Shown: piece by piece, positions 1 to 13,639 of the stretch
How positions within the stretch are numbered: the first letter of the stretch is position 1
Layout: each line of letters begins with the position of its first letter
Assembly: GCA_964016885.1 (NCBI GenBank)
Contig: OZ024748.1
Coordinates: forward strand, 52,080,001 to 52,144,000
Direction of reading: 5' to 3'
Length of the DNA: 64,000 nucleotides
DNA from: Eledone cirrhosa
Taxonomy: Eukaryota
Translations under genes and position numbers: made by a program
Notes under the pieces: generated by a model
What the model was told of the DNA's origin: nothing
The model's database searches: none
Seen by the model: the letters and a program-made list of their open reading frames with translations, nothing else

Positions 1-384
1 TAAATTATGGTGAAGATTTTAATTTAGATAAGAACTCTTTAAAATAGATGGTTTGGGGGCAGGTTGGTATGAAAAGGGTTAAAGGGGCGAAAAGTAGTTA
101 GGGCAGTTGAAAATGGTTTCTGAGTTGAGGAGAATGAAGATGAGTGTATGATATATACTCAACAATAAGAATGGTCAGCAGCAACAATGTGTGTGTCTGT
201 GTGTGAGTGAAGGAAGTGAGAGAGAGAGAGAGAGAGAGCAGAGACTTAAAAGGTAGCAGGAGCGCTGTTTTAACTAGAGGACTCTACTCAGGGAAGGGGC
301 CTCTATTTTGAGAAGTAAGGGGGCAGTTTGATGAGGGGAGGGGAGAAAGGCATTTGCTCCCGCCACCCCCTGATAAATCTGGCC

Positions 385-770
385 TTGAGCAAGTATGCTC
401 ATGAAAGCAGAGATCCAAGTGTCAGCCAGTTTCCCCTGTATGCAGTATATCGCATGGTTGGCAGTCAGTATAGAATATTGGGGTATATAAAACTAGGATC
501 AGGTGGAGATTCCAAGGTTGGGTTGCTAATAAAGATGAGGGAATTAATGACTCGGAGGTCAACTCGAAGGTTTTGGTCACATTTCAAGTCAATAGATATG
601 AGTGTAGAGATGATGGGAACCTAAGCTAGATTACTGGGGGAGAAGTGTGTGGTTATCACTAGAAGAAGAGATGTGAAGGAAAGTTGATAGGGGTGTCAGA
701 ATTGGTGCAACTGAATTTGAAAATACAGATGGATCGAATTAATGAAGAAAAGGAAGGAGGTGAGTTGCTT
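385..770 (-). mobile_element. Decayed Penelope-like element (PLE) remnant: RT C-terminal part and GIY-YIG endonuclease motif
   Basis: Minus-strand translation gives QLTSFLFFINSIHLYFKFSC (PLE RT pattern 'Fl..lNs.hp.ikFT') and NILY.. / DCQPCDILHTGETG*HLDLCFHEH (GIY-YIG pattern 'niiY...C..C...YiGETg..L..Rf.EH'). Stops, frameshifts and an internal deletion are present. Confidence 0.65.
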
Positions 771-865
771 ATGAATAAAATGACAGTGGTTCAGGAGTTA
801 ATATAATGATATAGAGACTCAGTGTGATTGTATCTATACAGTCAGACGTTCTTTTAGGATCTGTC

Positions 866-1270
866 AAACAACAGTGTAATACATCAACACAGCAGTACAC
901 AACAACAGTATACAACATAACACCACAAGACTGCAGTACAACACAACAGTATACAACATAACACCACAACACAGCTGTACAGCAGTACAACACAACAACA
1001 CAACAGTATACAACATAACACCACAACAACACCATAACACAACACAACACGTCCATAACACAACACAACAACACAACAACATCATTACACAACACAACAC
1101 CGCCGTAACACAACACAACAACAGCAACACAACGCCACCATAACACAACACAGCAACAGCAACACAAGACAACAAAGCAACAGCAACACAACACCAACAC
1201 AACAACAAGAAGACAACACCACTATAATACAACACAACAGAGAAACAGCACCAAACTACAACAGTACACA
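866..1270. repeat. Degenerate (CAACA)n / CA-rich simple repeat
   Basis: Tandem acaac/cacaa units. Confidence 0.9.
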
Positions 1271-2234
1271 AGAAGAAAATATTCTTCTCACTTTGCTATG
1301 ACAGAATAAACTCAGACTTATGCAGCCATACTTAATCAGGAATCAATTGAACAACAAAAGAGACCATAAAAGTGGATTATAGGATTATAGAAAACTAATC
1401 CAAATAGACGGATTGATTTCAGAAATATTGCCTAGTCTACTGCTGCTTGATATCTCAAGATTACAAAGCTTATAGATCACAATTGATGCGATGTGCGGAT
1501 TGTTGGATCCAATTTTAACAGCTTCTCATTGCTTAATCATTCTAAAGAGAATAATGGGATTCCAGTAAAATTGATTTAGCAAAGTTATATTTGTGTAGGA
1601 GGGTATAATTTGTGTAGATATATGTGTGAGTATGAGCTATGACAAACTGGTTTGAAAGAATATTTTTAATACAGTGTCTATCCAAATTTTTAGAATAAGT
1701 ACACCATGGCCTCCTTTTGTGCCAGAAGAAGGTACTAAAACGGATCTCTTCCAGAACAGCATGTGGCTGTAAAACATTGGTTCAAAAGTCTAACCCATGC
1801 CTGCATTTAGGAAATAATCCAGAGTTTGGAAGAATTTAGTAATCACTAAAAAGCAACTGAATGAACTCAACTACCAAATCAGCCATCTTGGTTTGAGAGT
1901 GAAAAGTTGATCTATGGTTGTTAAATCTATAAAAAGTAAAGGTCATGCCTATGAGAAGTTAACTGAATTTTGAATATAAGATTTACACTTGTGACATAAA
2001 AACATGAACAAATTAAATGTTAGAGAGAGATGAATGAAAAAATTTTAGAGAAGTTTGGAATAATCACCATATATAAAATTATAGTTTACCAAGAAAATAC
2101 TAAATAACCTGGTTTTGAATGGTAGCAATGAAATTGTAGGTTATAAAATACATATTAAGACATTAAATACTAACTGAATTATGTATATGCACACACACAC
2201 AAACATATACATAGGCGTGAGTCTACATTTGAAC

Positions 2235-2318
2235 ACATATCTGAGGAGCTTCCGAGTCAGGATTGATAATTAATCGATCGTTCCTTGAGCTGATTGGCAG
2301 TGAAACATATGTAATATG

Positions 2319-2319
<1 letters not shown>
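2235..2319 (+). ncRNA. Type I hammerhead ribozyme, intact core, long stem II
   Basis: Stem I ACATAT(2235-40)/ATATGT(2314-19); core CTGAGGA 2241-47; imperfect stem II GCTTCCGAGTCAG/CTGATTGGCAGT; GAAA 2302-05; palindromic stem III ACATATGT; GUA cleavage triplet 2311-13. Confidence 0.8.
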
Positions 2320-2394
<75 letters not shown>

Positions 2395-2761
2395 AATGTT
2401 TTATTTAAAATTGTTGGGATACAACAAGTAAATATTTTATAACTGATATAAAGCACTCGACAAGTTTTTGGAGTAGATATACGATATTAAATTTCTTTCC
2501 TTTTTCTTTTTCATTTCCTCCTATCTATTTATATATATCTTCCTCTTTTCTCTCTCTCTCCTTCTTTTTTCTCTCTCCTTCTCTCTCTCCGTTTTTTCTT
2601 TCTCTCCGTTTTTTTCTTTCTCTCCGTCTTTTTTCTAACTGTGCTTAACACTATAACTAATAAAATAATTATAAACATCTCACTATCCAGACAGCTTCCA
2701 AAAATAATGGTCGCTTCTAATAGGGTACGTCAAAATTATTTATAAAACTGTTTATATATTG

Positions 2762-2826
2762 TATTTTATCTGACGAAGGCATGCCATATTTTAATTTGGT
2801 ATCCCTGAAATATGTATAATGAAATA
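2762..2826 (+). ncRNA. Type I hammerhead ribozyme (family 1), intact core
   Basis: Stem I TATTTTAT/ATGAAATA; CTGACGA 2770-76; stem II AGGCATGCCA/TGGTATCCCT; GAAA 2807-10; stem III ATATGTAT; AUA triplet. Related copies at 4026, 15391 and 56708. Confidence 0.78.
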
Positions 2827-2867
2827 AATATGGTTTTATAAATATAGTTTCCATTTATTTAATATCG

Positions 2868-2898
<31 letters not shown>

Positions 2899-3091
2899 AT
2901 ACTTTGGGAGGGTCATATTTGTGTAATATTGCCAGAATTAATAACAGAACACACTCACTGTTTGGTTGGTTTTTGCTTCTGTGTCTTCTATATCGGTTAA
3001 TTTAATTTATTCGGTCCTCAATGTTGCCACTGACTGACCAACGGTCAAAAATCCAGATACAATATAGACACAAACACATATATATAGTCTA

Positions 3092-3131
3092 TCAAAGTTC
3101 TTTCGTTGCACATCTGCAACATCGTCAGTGG
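3092..3131 (-). ncRNA. Minimal hammerhead-like motif (family 2)
   Basis: Minus strand: CCA-CTGACGA-T-GTTGCA GATG TGCAAC-GAAA-GAAC-TT-TGA. Perfect 6-bp stem II, but stems I and III are weak. Paralog at 41855. Confidence 0.55.
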
Positions 3132-3149
3132 TGCTATTGTGTATGTATA

Positions 3150-3459
<310 letters not shown>

Positions 3460-3470
3460 TACACACACAT

Positions 3471-3857
3471 ACATGGCTTAGTGTTTAGAGCATTGGCCTT
3501 GCAATCGAAAGGTTGTGAGTTCAATTCTCAGACTGGGTGATGTGTTGTTTCCTTGAGCAAGACACTTTATTTCACATTGCTCCAGTTTACTGAGCTGTAG
3601 AAATGAGATGATAGCACTGCGGTCCCTATCATTCCACTGCCAAGTGGTCGTGGAGGTGCCATGGCAAAAAAGCATCCACCACTCACTGTAAAGTGGACGT
3701 GGAGGTGCCACAAAAAAAAAGTACCCACCACCCACTGTAAATGATGTTGGTGTTAGGAAGGGCATCCAGCTGTAGAAATCAACCCAGAATCAGTTCCCAT
3801 CCCACCCTTGCAAGCAGGGAAAAGTGGACGTAAAATGATGATGATGATGATGATGAT
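3471..3857 (+). mobile_element. tRNA-derived SINE, family A, with RTE-type 3' tail
   Basis: A-box-like TGGCTTAGTG, B-box GAGTTCAATTC, central CCTTGAGCAAGACACTT, tail CCCTTGCAAGCAGGGAAAAGTGGACGTAAAA(TGA)n. Close copies at 4587 and 16410. Confidence 0.88.
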
Positions 3858-4025
3858 ACAAATGTGAGGAATCAGAACATATCAAGTATGTTAGATTTTG
3901 TGCTTCTCAATAAAACAAGCTGAAATAGACTTGATCCAGAGCTATAATAATTCAAATGTAAAAGATATATATATATATATATACAATATATTAACAAATG
4001 GAAACTATATTTATAAAACCATATT

Positions 4026-4090
4026 TATTTCATTATACATATTTCAAGGACACCAAAGCAAATTATGGTGCGCTTTCATCAGATAAAATA
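4026..4090 (-). ncRNA. Type I hammerhead ribozyme (family 1), intact core
   Basis: Minus strand: TATTTTAT-CTGATGA-AAGCGCACCA..TGGTGTCCTT-GAAA-TATGTA-TA-ATGAAATA. Stem II shows compensatory changes relative to the 2762 copy. Confidence 0.8.
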
Positions 4091-4238
4091 TAATATAGAT
4101 CAGTTTTATAAACAGATATTGACATACCCTTAAAGAATGCAACCATGTCGTTTGGAAGCTCCTGGATATATATATATATATATATATATATGAAAGAGGA
4201 TATGATCTGAAAGAGGATATGATCAGAAATCAATAGAC

Positions 4239-4326
4239 GTGTCCGAGGAACCTGCGAGACTAGAGTCAGGTAGATCCACACATGGATCGCACCTCGTGCT
4301 GTTCGCCGAGGAAACAATTGTAACAC
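4239..4326 (+). ncRNA. Degenerate hammerhead-like motif with branched stem II
   Basis: GTGT-CCGAGGA (U4C)...GAAA-CAATTG-TA-ACAC; palindromic stem III ACAATTGT; internal hairpins GAC/GTC and GATCCA/TGGATC. Base of stem II is imperfect. Confidence 0.5.
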
Positions 4327-4373
4327 ACAATAAATTGAGTTCCGATGCATCACTGATTGTTTTCGTTTTCCAT

Positions 4374-4406
<33 letters not shown>

Positions 4407-4586
4407 CATCATCATCATCATCATCATCGTTTAACGTCAATCTTCCACGCTTGCATGGGTTTGGATGGGAGTTTTCCCACTTGAGGCAAGATTTGTTGTC
4501 CTGCTCATATATGACTGTCTGGCGGGTTTTCTACAGCTGAATGCCCTTCCTAACACCAACTAATATATATATATATATATACATAT

Positions 4587-4932
4587 GGAGGCACATGGCT
4601 TAGTGGTTAGAGCATTGGCCTTGCAATCGAAAGGTTGTGAGTTCAATTCTCAGACCGCGTGATGTGTTGTTTCCTTGAGCAAGACACTTTATTTCACATT
4701 GTCCCAGTTTACTCAGCTGTAGAAATGAGATGATAGGGACTGGGATCCCTATCATTCCACTGCAAAGTGGTCGTGGAGGTGCCACGGCAAAAAAGCACCC
4801 AGCACTCACTGTAAATGAGGTTGGTGTTAGGAAGGGCATCCAGCTGTAGAAATCAACCCAGAATCAGTTCCCGTCCCACCCTTGCAAGTAGGGAAAAGCG
4901 GACGTAAAATGATGATGATGATGATGATGATG
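4587..4932 (+). mobile_element. tRNA-derived SINE, family A
   Basis: TGGCTTAGTGG A-box, GAGTTCAATTC B-box, RTE-type tail ending in (TGA)n. Confidence 0.9.
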
Positions 4933-5242
4933 ACAGAGGAAAGCTAGATATATTTTTTTATATACTAATTTTGGTTGGTTTTAGAAGGGGCTTCCAGTCT
5001 TAGAAACCAAGCCAAAATACAGATCCTTATGAACATGACGTGGTTACCTGACCTGATTTGTTTCATAAAGTGACAACATGTTTAACCCATGCAAGTATGG
5101 AAAATGGACATTAAACGATGATGGTGATGATGATGATACAATATACACACTTATATACTCATTTAAAAATCTTTGTCTCATATGTTTCTACTTATTATCA
5201 GCAATAATAACATATACCCATGTATTTTCTCACACCTCAGGT

Positions 5243-5775
5243 ACATACATACATACATATACATACATAAACATACATACATATACATACATACATATAC
5301 ATACATACATATACATACATACATATACATACATATACATACATACATATACATACATAAACATACATACATATACATACATATACATACATACATACAT
5401 ATATATATACATATACATACATACATATACATATACATACATAAACATACATACATATACATACATATATATAGATACATACATATACATACATACATAT
5501 ACATACATACATATACATACATACATATACATACATACATATACATATACATACATATACATACATAAACATACATACATATACATACATACATATACAT
5601 ACATACATATACATATACATACATATACATACATACATATACATACATATATATACATAAACATACATACACATACATACATATACATACATATACATAC
5701 ATACATATATATACATATACATACATACATATACATACATATACATACATAGATACATATACATACATATACATA
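5243..5775. repeat. (TACA/TA) compound microsatellite
   Basis: catacatata units. Confidence 0.95.
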
Positions 5776-5939
5776 ACTAAACTCTTTTACTCATATTTTT
5801 CTATTTATTATTAGTATTATTCACTACAACACCATACATAGATAAACATGTATACATACATACACATATGCACATAAACACATTGTCATACACATAGACA
5901 CACAGACATATACTGACACAGTACTGGTGGCAAGAAAAG

Positions 5940-5970
<31 letters not shown>

Positions 5971-6047
5971 GTACCAGTAAGGAGACAACAACAACAGTAC
6001 CAACAGCAACAGTAAGGCTAAGAAAACCAATCAACTATTGGTTGAAG

Positions 6048-6679
6048 ACCACCACCACCACCACCACCACCGCCACCACCAGCAACGGCACCACCACCAC
6101 CACCACCACCACTACCATCACCACCACCACCACCAACACTACCATCACCACCACCACCACCACCAGCAACAGCACCACCACCACCACCACCAACACCGCC
6201 ACCAGCAACAGCACCACCACCACCACCACAAGCATTACCTCCACTGCCACCACAACCATTACCTCCACTGCCACCACAACCACTACCACCACAAGCATTA
6301 CCTCCACTGCCACCACAACCACTACCTCCAGCACAACTGGCATCTATACCACCACAACTGGTATGTATACCACCACAACCATCACTACCTCCACCACCAC
6401 CACCACCACCACCACCAGCAACAGCAGCTCCACTACCACCACCAGCAACAGTAGCAGCACCACCACCACCACCACCACCAGCAACAGCAGCAGCAGCACC
6501 ACCACCACCACCAGCAACAGCAGCAGCAGCACCACCACCACCACCAGCAACAGCAGCAACACCGCCACACCCACAGCAATCCCCCCCCCCCCCTTCCCAT
6601 CTAAAGTCAGATTTTGGCAGTTAAAGTCTCTGGAAGTCGTGACTGGATTACAATATGATAAACTTTCTATGACACTGCT

Positions 6680-6728
<49 letters not shown>

Positions 6729-6830
6729 GTGACGGTGATGATGGTGATGATGATGATGATGATGATGATGGTGATGGTGATGGTGACGGTGATGGTGATG
6801 GTGATGATGATGATGATGATGATGATGATG
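6048..6830. repeat. (CAC/CAG)n and (GAT/GGT)n trinucleotide arrays
   Basis: Low-complexity triplet repeats that generate spurious poly-T/H/M ORFs. Confidence 0.93.
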
Positions 6831-7014
6831 CTATCAATATTATTAACAGGGAAGGAATATTATTATCATTCGACACTGTAAGGATGAGAGGGTTAGCTTT
6901 GCCAATCAATCGATAAAATAAAGTATCAGTAACCCACGGGGTCAAGTAAAATTACTTTCCCCTCCCCCCAAACATTGTTGGTTTTGTGTCGAAATCAGAA
7001 ACTATTACTAAAAT

Positions 7015-8338
7015 GTCAGTGGATTGGCAATATCGGACGACATGCTTTGTCGTATATAGTTATGTCCCTCTTCGTTCTGACTTACGTTCCGAGGTTAACT
7101 TTGCATTTCATCCTTATGGGGTCGATAAAATAAAGCACCAGTAATTCACTGGGGTCAATTTAATTGACTTGTCCCTCCATCAAAAAATTATTGGCCTTGT
7201 ACCTAAATCAGAAACCATTATCATGGCACTGAGTTCAAATCCCTCCCGAGGTTAACTTTGTCTTTCATCCTTACGGGGTCGATAAAATAAAGTACCAGTA
7301 ATGTACTGGGTAATTGCTGGCCTTGTGCCAATAGTAGAAACAATTATTATAATTGTGTTAGGAAAATATAACAACCACTACTCTACTACAAGTTATGGTT
7401 TTTGATTTAGGTAGAAGGCCAACAAATCTTTTGGTAGGAAGGAGAAAGTTAACTAAATGGACCCCCAGTACAGTACTGGTACTTTATTTTATTTACCCAT
7501 AACGAAGAAACACAAAGTTGCCCTCAGTGGGATATGACCTCAGAATATAAAGAGCTGTAACTATATGCAGTAATGGTTTCTAATTTTTGTACATTTGGTC
7601 AGGCCAGGCTTCTGTCTGCTACCATATAACCCAGTATAACTTATTTCTTGGTCAAATGGTCAGCAACTAAACAGACTCTCCCACCAGACCCTGGTACAGT
7701 CAGGTCAAGCTTCTGCCTGCTACTGGCACTATGTAAGCCCAGTACAACCTGCTTCATGGTTGAGTGGTCAAGTCAGGCTTCTGCATCAGTACAACCTGCA
7801 TCATGACTGAGGGGTTTACTGACTAAACTGGCTTCCTCACTAGACCACGATCTGGTCTGGGAGGGTAAGTGGAACTCCAGCAACACAAAACACAAAAGCT
7901 GTTAAAAGGGAGGATGAACTTCTCAGAGTCAATGGCGATTCAGCCCCAACTGTGGTTTGAAAAGCCTCATCAACCCACAATTAGCCAAGCATGGTGAGTA
8001 CAGCTACACTGTTCACATGACCAAAATCAAGGGTACTATATTTTGTCAACTCTTGAGAGATGAAGGGCAAAGATAAATTTGGCAGAATATGAACTTCAGA
8101 ACATAAAACAATCATAGTAATGATTTCTTGTATAGGCACAAGGCCAGCAATTTGGGGGGAGAGGGAAGTCGATTAAATCAACCCCAATGCATGACAAGTT
8201 TTTTATTTTATCGACCCCGTAGGATGAAAGGCAAAGTTAACCTCGGCGGAATTTGAACTCAGATCTTAAAGGGCTGTAACTCTATGCTGCAAAGCATGGC
8301 GTCCAACCCCCTACCGATGCTGCCAATCCACCGCCCTA
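7015..8338. mobile_element. Cluster of family B SINE copies and fragments, both strands
   Basis: Repeated motif GAGGTTAACTTTGCCTTTCATCCTTACGGGGTCGATAAAATAAAGTACCAG at about 7090 and 7250 (+) and about 7480-7530 and 8200-8250 (-). Confidence 0.85.
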
Positions 8339-9446
8339 AAAGAATCATAATAATGACTTATGAGCATTGGCTGAAAAGTTCATAGGATGACCAAGATTCT
8401 CTCATGGAATGACCAAATGAGGTTTATTTATCAACATAGTCCCTGGAAAGAAACAATGCAGTTATTAACAAGAAGAGTTGTAGTACTAGGATTCTTCCCT
8501 TATAGCTCTTTCTCACTTCCAATGGAAGAAATCCGTTGAGTTCAAACCTGGAGAGGAAAAGGGCTTTGCCAGACTTAAAATGGCTAAGAAACAGCATACA
8601 CTGTTACAGCATCCCTACAACTCCATTGGAAGTTGGGGAGCATATCATACCATGAGATGTTCCAATAGGAGGAGAGCTAGGTTCAAACAGGGAACTTCAG
8701 ATTTAGGATTAGCTTCACCATCAAAGACAGGAACCCCCCCTCTTGGCTATTTTCTCTGGCCAACTAGAACATACTAAGATTAAGGCCCCTCCAATCAGGC
8801 TATTCTTAACTCTTTCACACATACACACACACACATACACCCCATTCCAGAAAATTCCTTGAAGAGAAGCTGCTCCCTTTCCACCCTTAACAAGAGTATA
8901 AACAAATATGTAGAAGATTAGAACATGGTTGTTCCTCCTACCCAGTGAATACAAAAAGAAAGAAATATATTACAAACGTTTGTCTTTTATTATACTTCCG
9001 AGATAGAAAAACTCAGCAAAAAGCCATTATGAGTGTGGGGTGGGTGGGCATGTGTGTAGGAGGGAGATATGTGTGAGGGGAGAGGGGTTCAGCGAAGAGC
9101 AACAGTGATGTAATGCACTTAACAAAACTGGATTACACTACATTGCATCATTAATTTGTCTGCACTGAATGCATTTCAAATGCATTTAAGAAGAAATGTA
9201 CAGATAAGCATGATTTATTTTTTGTTTTTGGTTCATTTTTTTTCTTCGTAATTTTTGTTCCTAGATTATTGTATTGTTGTTGTTGTTGTTGTTGTTACTC
9301 TATATTTTCTATCCTTTCTTTTGTTACTACCTACACACACACACACACATATATATATATACATACATACGTATAAACATGCATATATCACATACACACT
9401 CACATACACATGTATTATATATATATATGAATGAAAATATAAACAT

Positions 9447-9516
<70 letters not shown>

Positions 9517-10392
9517 TTGTTTTCTTTCATATGATTAATATTCCAAGTGACCAAGCAATCCCATTGTTAGATGTATTAGTACAATGTACTAAATGGATTC
9601 ACATTTGTAATGTAGATTAAATTTGCACATGTCACCCCCACCCCCTCACACCCCACACACACCCATACCCAGCTGCTCCACCATGTTTTTTTGTTTTTGT
9701 TTATTTATTTGTTTATTTATTTATTCATTTATTTTCAACCTGTAACAGGTGTAAATAAATAATAAAAAGACAACAGGAAACAAGAGAAAATGTGCCCCAC
9801 CCATCTCACCCCATCTTCTCTGCCCCACCCTCTCAGTCCCACCCTCTCTTCCCCACGCTCTCAGTCCTACCCTCTCTGCCCCATCCTCTCATTCCCACTC
9901 TCTCTGACCCACCTTCTCTGCCCCACCACCACACCCACCCTCTCTGCCCCACCCTTTCTGTCCCACCCTCTCACTCCACCCTTTCACCTCACCCTCTCTG
10001 TCCCACCCTCCCTGTCCGACCCTCTCTGCCCACCCTCTCAGCCCCACCCTATCTCTTCCAACCTCTCAGTTCACCACTCAGCCCCACCCACAACTACTCA
10101 AATAAAAGGAATTAAAAGGAAATCCTCATCACAAAAAATAAAAATTAATCAAAATAAAAAAAAGAAAACATAAAATAAAATAAAAAAAGATTTAAAAAAT
10201 AAATACAAAGTAAAAAAAATCCCAAGCTAAATTTAATAATTGAACCAAAAATTCCAAAACAGTCACATGACCTGGCTGTGGTGTTATACTAATTAACAAA
10301 TTAATCTTTGGTACTATTTGTTACAATATGAAATATAACCAGTCTCAGATAGAAAACACCTTGAAGCTGGTCTTCAACAAATCTACCAAGAT

Positions 10393-10963
10393 TGGAAGTG
10401 TTATACTGGAGGTTGTTGTAGTTGAGGTGTTATATTGGAGGTTGTTGTATTGGAGGTGTTATACTGGAGGTTGTTATACTGGAGGTTGTTATACTGGAGT
10501 TTGTTGTAGTTGAGGTTGTTGTAATGGAGGTGTTATACTGGAGGTTGTTATATTGGAGGTTGTTGTATTGGAGGTTGTTGTATTGGAGGTGTTATACTGG
10601 AGGTTGTTGTAGTGGAGGTGCTATATTGGAGGTTGTTATATTGGAGGTGTTATATTGGGGGTATTATATTGGAGGTTGTTGTAGTGGAGGTGTTATACTG
10701 GAGGTTGTAGTGGAAGTGTAATACTGGAGGTTGTTGTAGTAGAAGTGTTATATTGGAGGTGTTATACTGAAGGTTGTTGTAGTGGAGGTGTTATATTTGA
10801 GGTTGTTATATTGGAGGTGTTATACTGGAGGTTGTTATATTGGAGTATGTTGTAGTGAAGGTGTTATATTGGAAGTTGTTATATTGGAGGTGTTATACTG
10901 GAGGTTGTTGTATTGGGGGTATTATATTGGAGGTTGTTGTAGTGGAGGTGTTATATTGGAGGT
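10393..10963. repeat. 12/15-bp minisatellite (GGAGGTTGTTATATT)
   Basis: Tandem ggaggt(t)gttatact/att units. Confidence 0.92.
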
Positions 10964-12018
10964 CAAGGATTTATTTACCAACCAAAAACAAGATCTTCCA
11001 CTACATGGAGGTTACAAAATGATTCAACAATAGAAACCTTTAGCTGCTTTATAGCTGTCCTTGTTAGGTGGTAGAGCTGGTGCCATGATGAAAAGTACCC
11101 CATCCCCCATGTTAGGTGGTTGCCATTAGAAATGACAGCCAGCCAGAGAATACTAAGCCCCAAACAGATCTGTATGAGCAAGATATGGTTGCCTGACCTA
11201 ACCTGATGAGTCACATAATATAAGCTATCCAATCCATGCAAGCATAGAAAATTGACATTGGTGATGAAGATGAAGATGATGATATCTTACCGTAAGGACT
11301 ATAAAACCCAATAGATTAACTCTTTCAATATCAAAGTCAATGAAAACGACCCTGGTTTTACGATATTAAGCTGTTTATTTTAAAGTGTTTATTTTGATCT
11401 AAAATATTTTGTCATAATTTTAAGTAAGAATGTTTGTGAAGTTATGCTTCAAACATTAATTATATTAGTAAATCACTCCAAATTTTTATATTATTTTCAC
11501 AAATGATTTGTAAACTTTAGACAGTGCATTTCATTAGAAATATGGTAATGAAAGGGATAAGGCTTTGATAAGAAGCAAGCATGCAGTCTTAACATCTTAA
11601 CTACAAACCAAGTCTAGGCACCATTGATGCATCCATCTGAAGGATAGATTTATCTAAGATAAAGCTTTATCATCTAAAACCTGTCAGGTGATGGACAACA
11701 AAAGATGGAGACACTAAGACTCAGTGGGGGAGTGGGGTGTAGCAAAGAGAAAACTGGAAAACTGTTTAGGATTCAGGCATCATAATCAGTGAACTATAAC
11801 TTGCTCCATCCATCCTCAAACGATATTATTTCCAATTAATTTATTCCGCAAAATTAAAAGCATACAGGAATCAAAAGCAAATTAATTAGTTAGCCGAGTG
11901 AGATATGGAGCTGTCAAATCCACTTCTTAGTCAACATTGTCTTTCACATTTCAAGTTGATGGCTCATTAGTGAGTAGCACCTTTCTAAGTTATTGTTGTT
12001 AGACGCAAGAGGAATTGC

Positions 12019-12709
12019 TGTGTGTATGCATATGGGTGCATGGATGTATGTGTATGTGTGTGAGTGTATGTGCATGGATGTATGTATATGTGTGTGAGTG
12101 TATGAGCAAGAATGGATGTATGTGAGTGTATGTGCAGGAATGTATGTATGTGTATGAGTGTATATGTACATGGATGTATGTGAGTGTATGTGCAAGAATG
12201 TTTATGTGTGTGAGTGTATGCGCAAGAATGTATGTATATGTGTATGAGTGTGTGTACATGGATGTATGTATATGTGTGTGAGTGTATGTGCATGGATGTA
12301 TGTATATGTGTGTGAGTGTATGAGCAAGAATGGATGTATGTGAGTGTATGTGCAGGAATGTATGTATGTGTATGAGTGTATATGTACATGGATGTATGTG
12401 AGTGTATGTGCAAGAATGTTTATGTGTGTGAGTGTATGCGCAAGAATGTATGTATATGTGTATGAGTGTGTGTACATGGATGTATGTATATGTGTGTGAG
12501 TGTATGTGCAAGAATGTATGTATGTGTATGAGTGTATATGTACATGGATGTATGTGAGTGTATGTGCAAGAATGTATGTATATGTGTGTGAGTGTATGCG
12601 CAAGAATGTATATATATGTGTATGAGTGTGTGTGCATGAATGTATGTATATGTGTGTAAGTGTATGTACATTAATATATGTATCTGTGTATGTGCATTAA
12701 TGTATGTGC

Positions 12710-12742
<33 letters not shown>

Positions 12743-13048
12743 CATGAATGTATGTATGTATATGAGTGTCTGTATGTGAATATATGTATATGTTTCTGAG
12801 TGTATGTGCATGAATGTATGTATATGTGTGAGAGTACGTGTGTGTGTGTATGTGTTTGTGTGTGTGTATCTGTTTGTGTGGGTGTGTATGTGTTTGTGTG
12901 TGTGTGTGTGTGTATGTGTTTGTGTGTGTGTGTGTGTGTGCGTATGTGTTTGTGTGTATGTGTTTGTGTGTGTGTGTGTGTGTGTTTGTGTGTATGTGTT
13001 TGTGTGTGTGTGCATGTGTATGTGTTTGTGTGTGTGTGTGTGTGTGTT

Positions 13049-13109
<61 letters not shown>

Positions 13110-13163
13110 TTGTGTGCGTGTGTGTGTGTGTATGTATGTGTTTGTGGGTGTGTGTGTGTGTGT
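12019..13163. repeat. TG-rich compound repeat with a roughly 220-bp higher-order duplication
   Basis: GCAAGAATG-punctuated units; the block near 12040-12260 recurs near 12260-12480. Confidence 0.9.
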
Positions 13164-13467
13164 TGTAGGACAGAAGGAAGGGCTGGCAGAAATGAATAAA
13201 TCACTACTTGTCTGTCTGTCTGTGTGTGAACTGAATAAAGATTTTCGAAGCCTGTTGAAAACATGTGTATCTTGGCACGTAAGAGAAATCACTTAGAATA
13301 CAGTCACAAATTAAGACGTACTATAGTAACATCAGCACTGATGAGTGCCTGGTAATATGTGAAGGTGTGAGTGTATGTATCAGTGTATATGGGTCCATGT
13401 TTGTGTAAGTATGTGTAACACAGTGAAGGAATTCACATGAGTACCCTCTACCTCTCTTTATATATAT

Positions 13468-13567
13468 ACAGAGTGTCCCCAAAAATGTATATATACTTCA
13501 ACAGCATTCTAATAAATATTGCCTGTACAGGTAATCAAAGTGTGTATACATTTTTGGGGGATACCTG
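13468..13567. mobile_element. Small Tc1/mariner-type MITE
   Basis: TA-flanked, inverted ends CAGAGTGTCCCCAAAAATGTAT / ATACATTTTTGGGGGATACCTG. Second copy at about 56088-56167. Confidence 0.7.
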
Positions 13568-13639
13568 TATATATATATATGTGTGCGTGTATACAGATAT
13601 GTGTATATATATATATATATCTGTATGTATGTATGGTTC

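Noticed and set aside
1270-2170. Possible very old LINE RT remnant
   Set aside because: Only vague similarity (LNELNYQISHLGLRV); too degraded to call by eye.
6038-6881. Mucin-like poly-Thr/His ORFs (also 22502, 45902, 48710, 61021)
   Set aside because: Simple triplet repeats open in several frames and on both strands; no splice signals or unique coding sequence.
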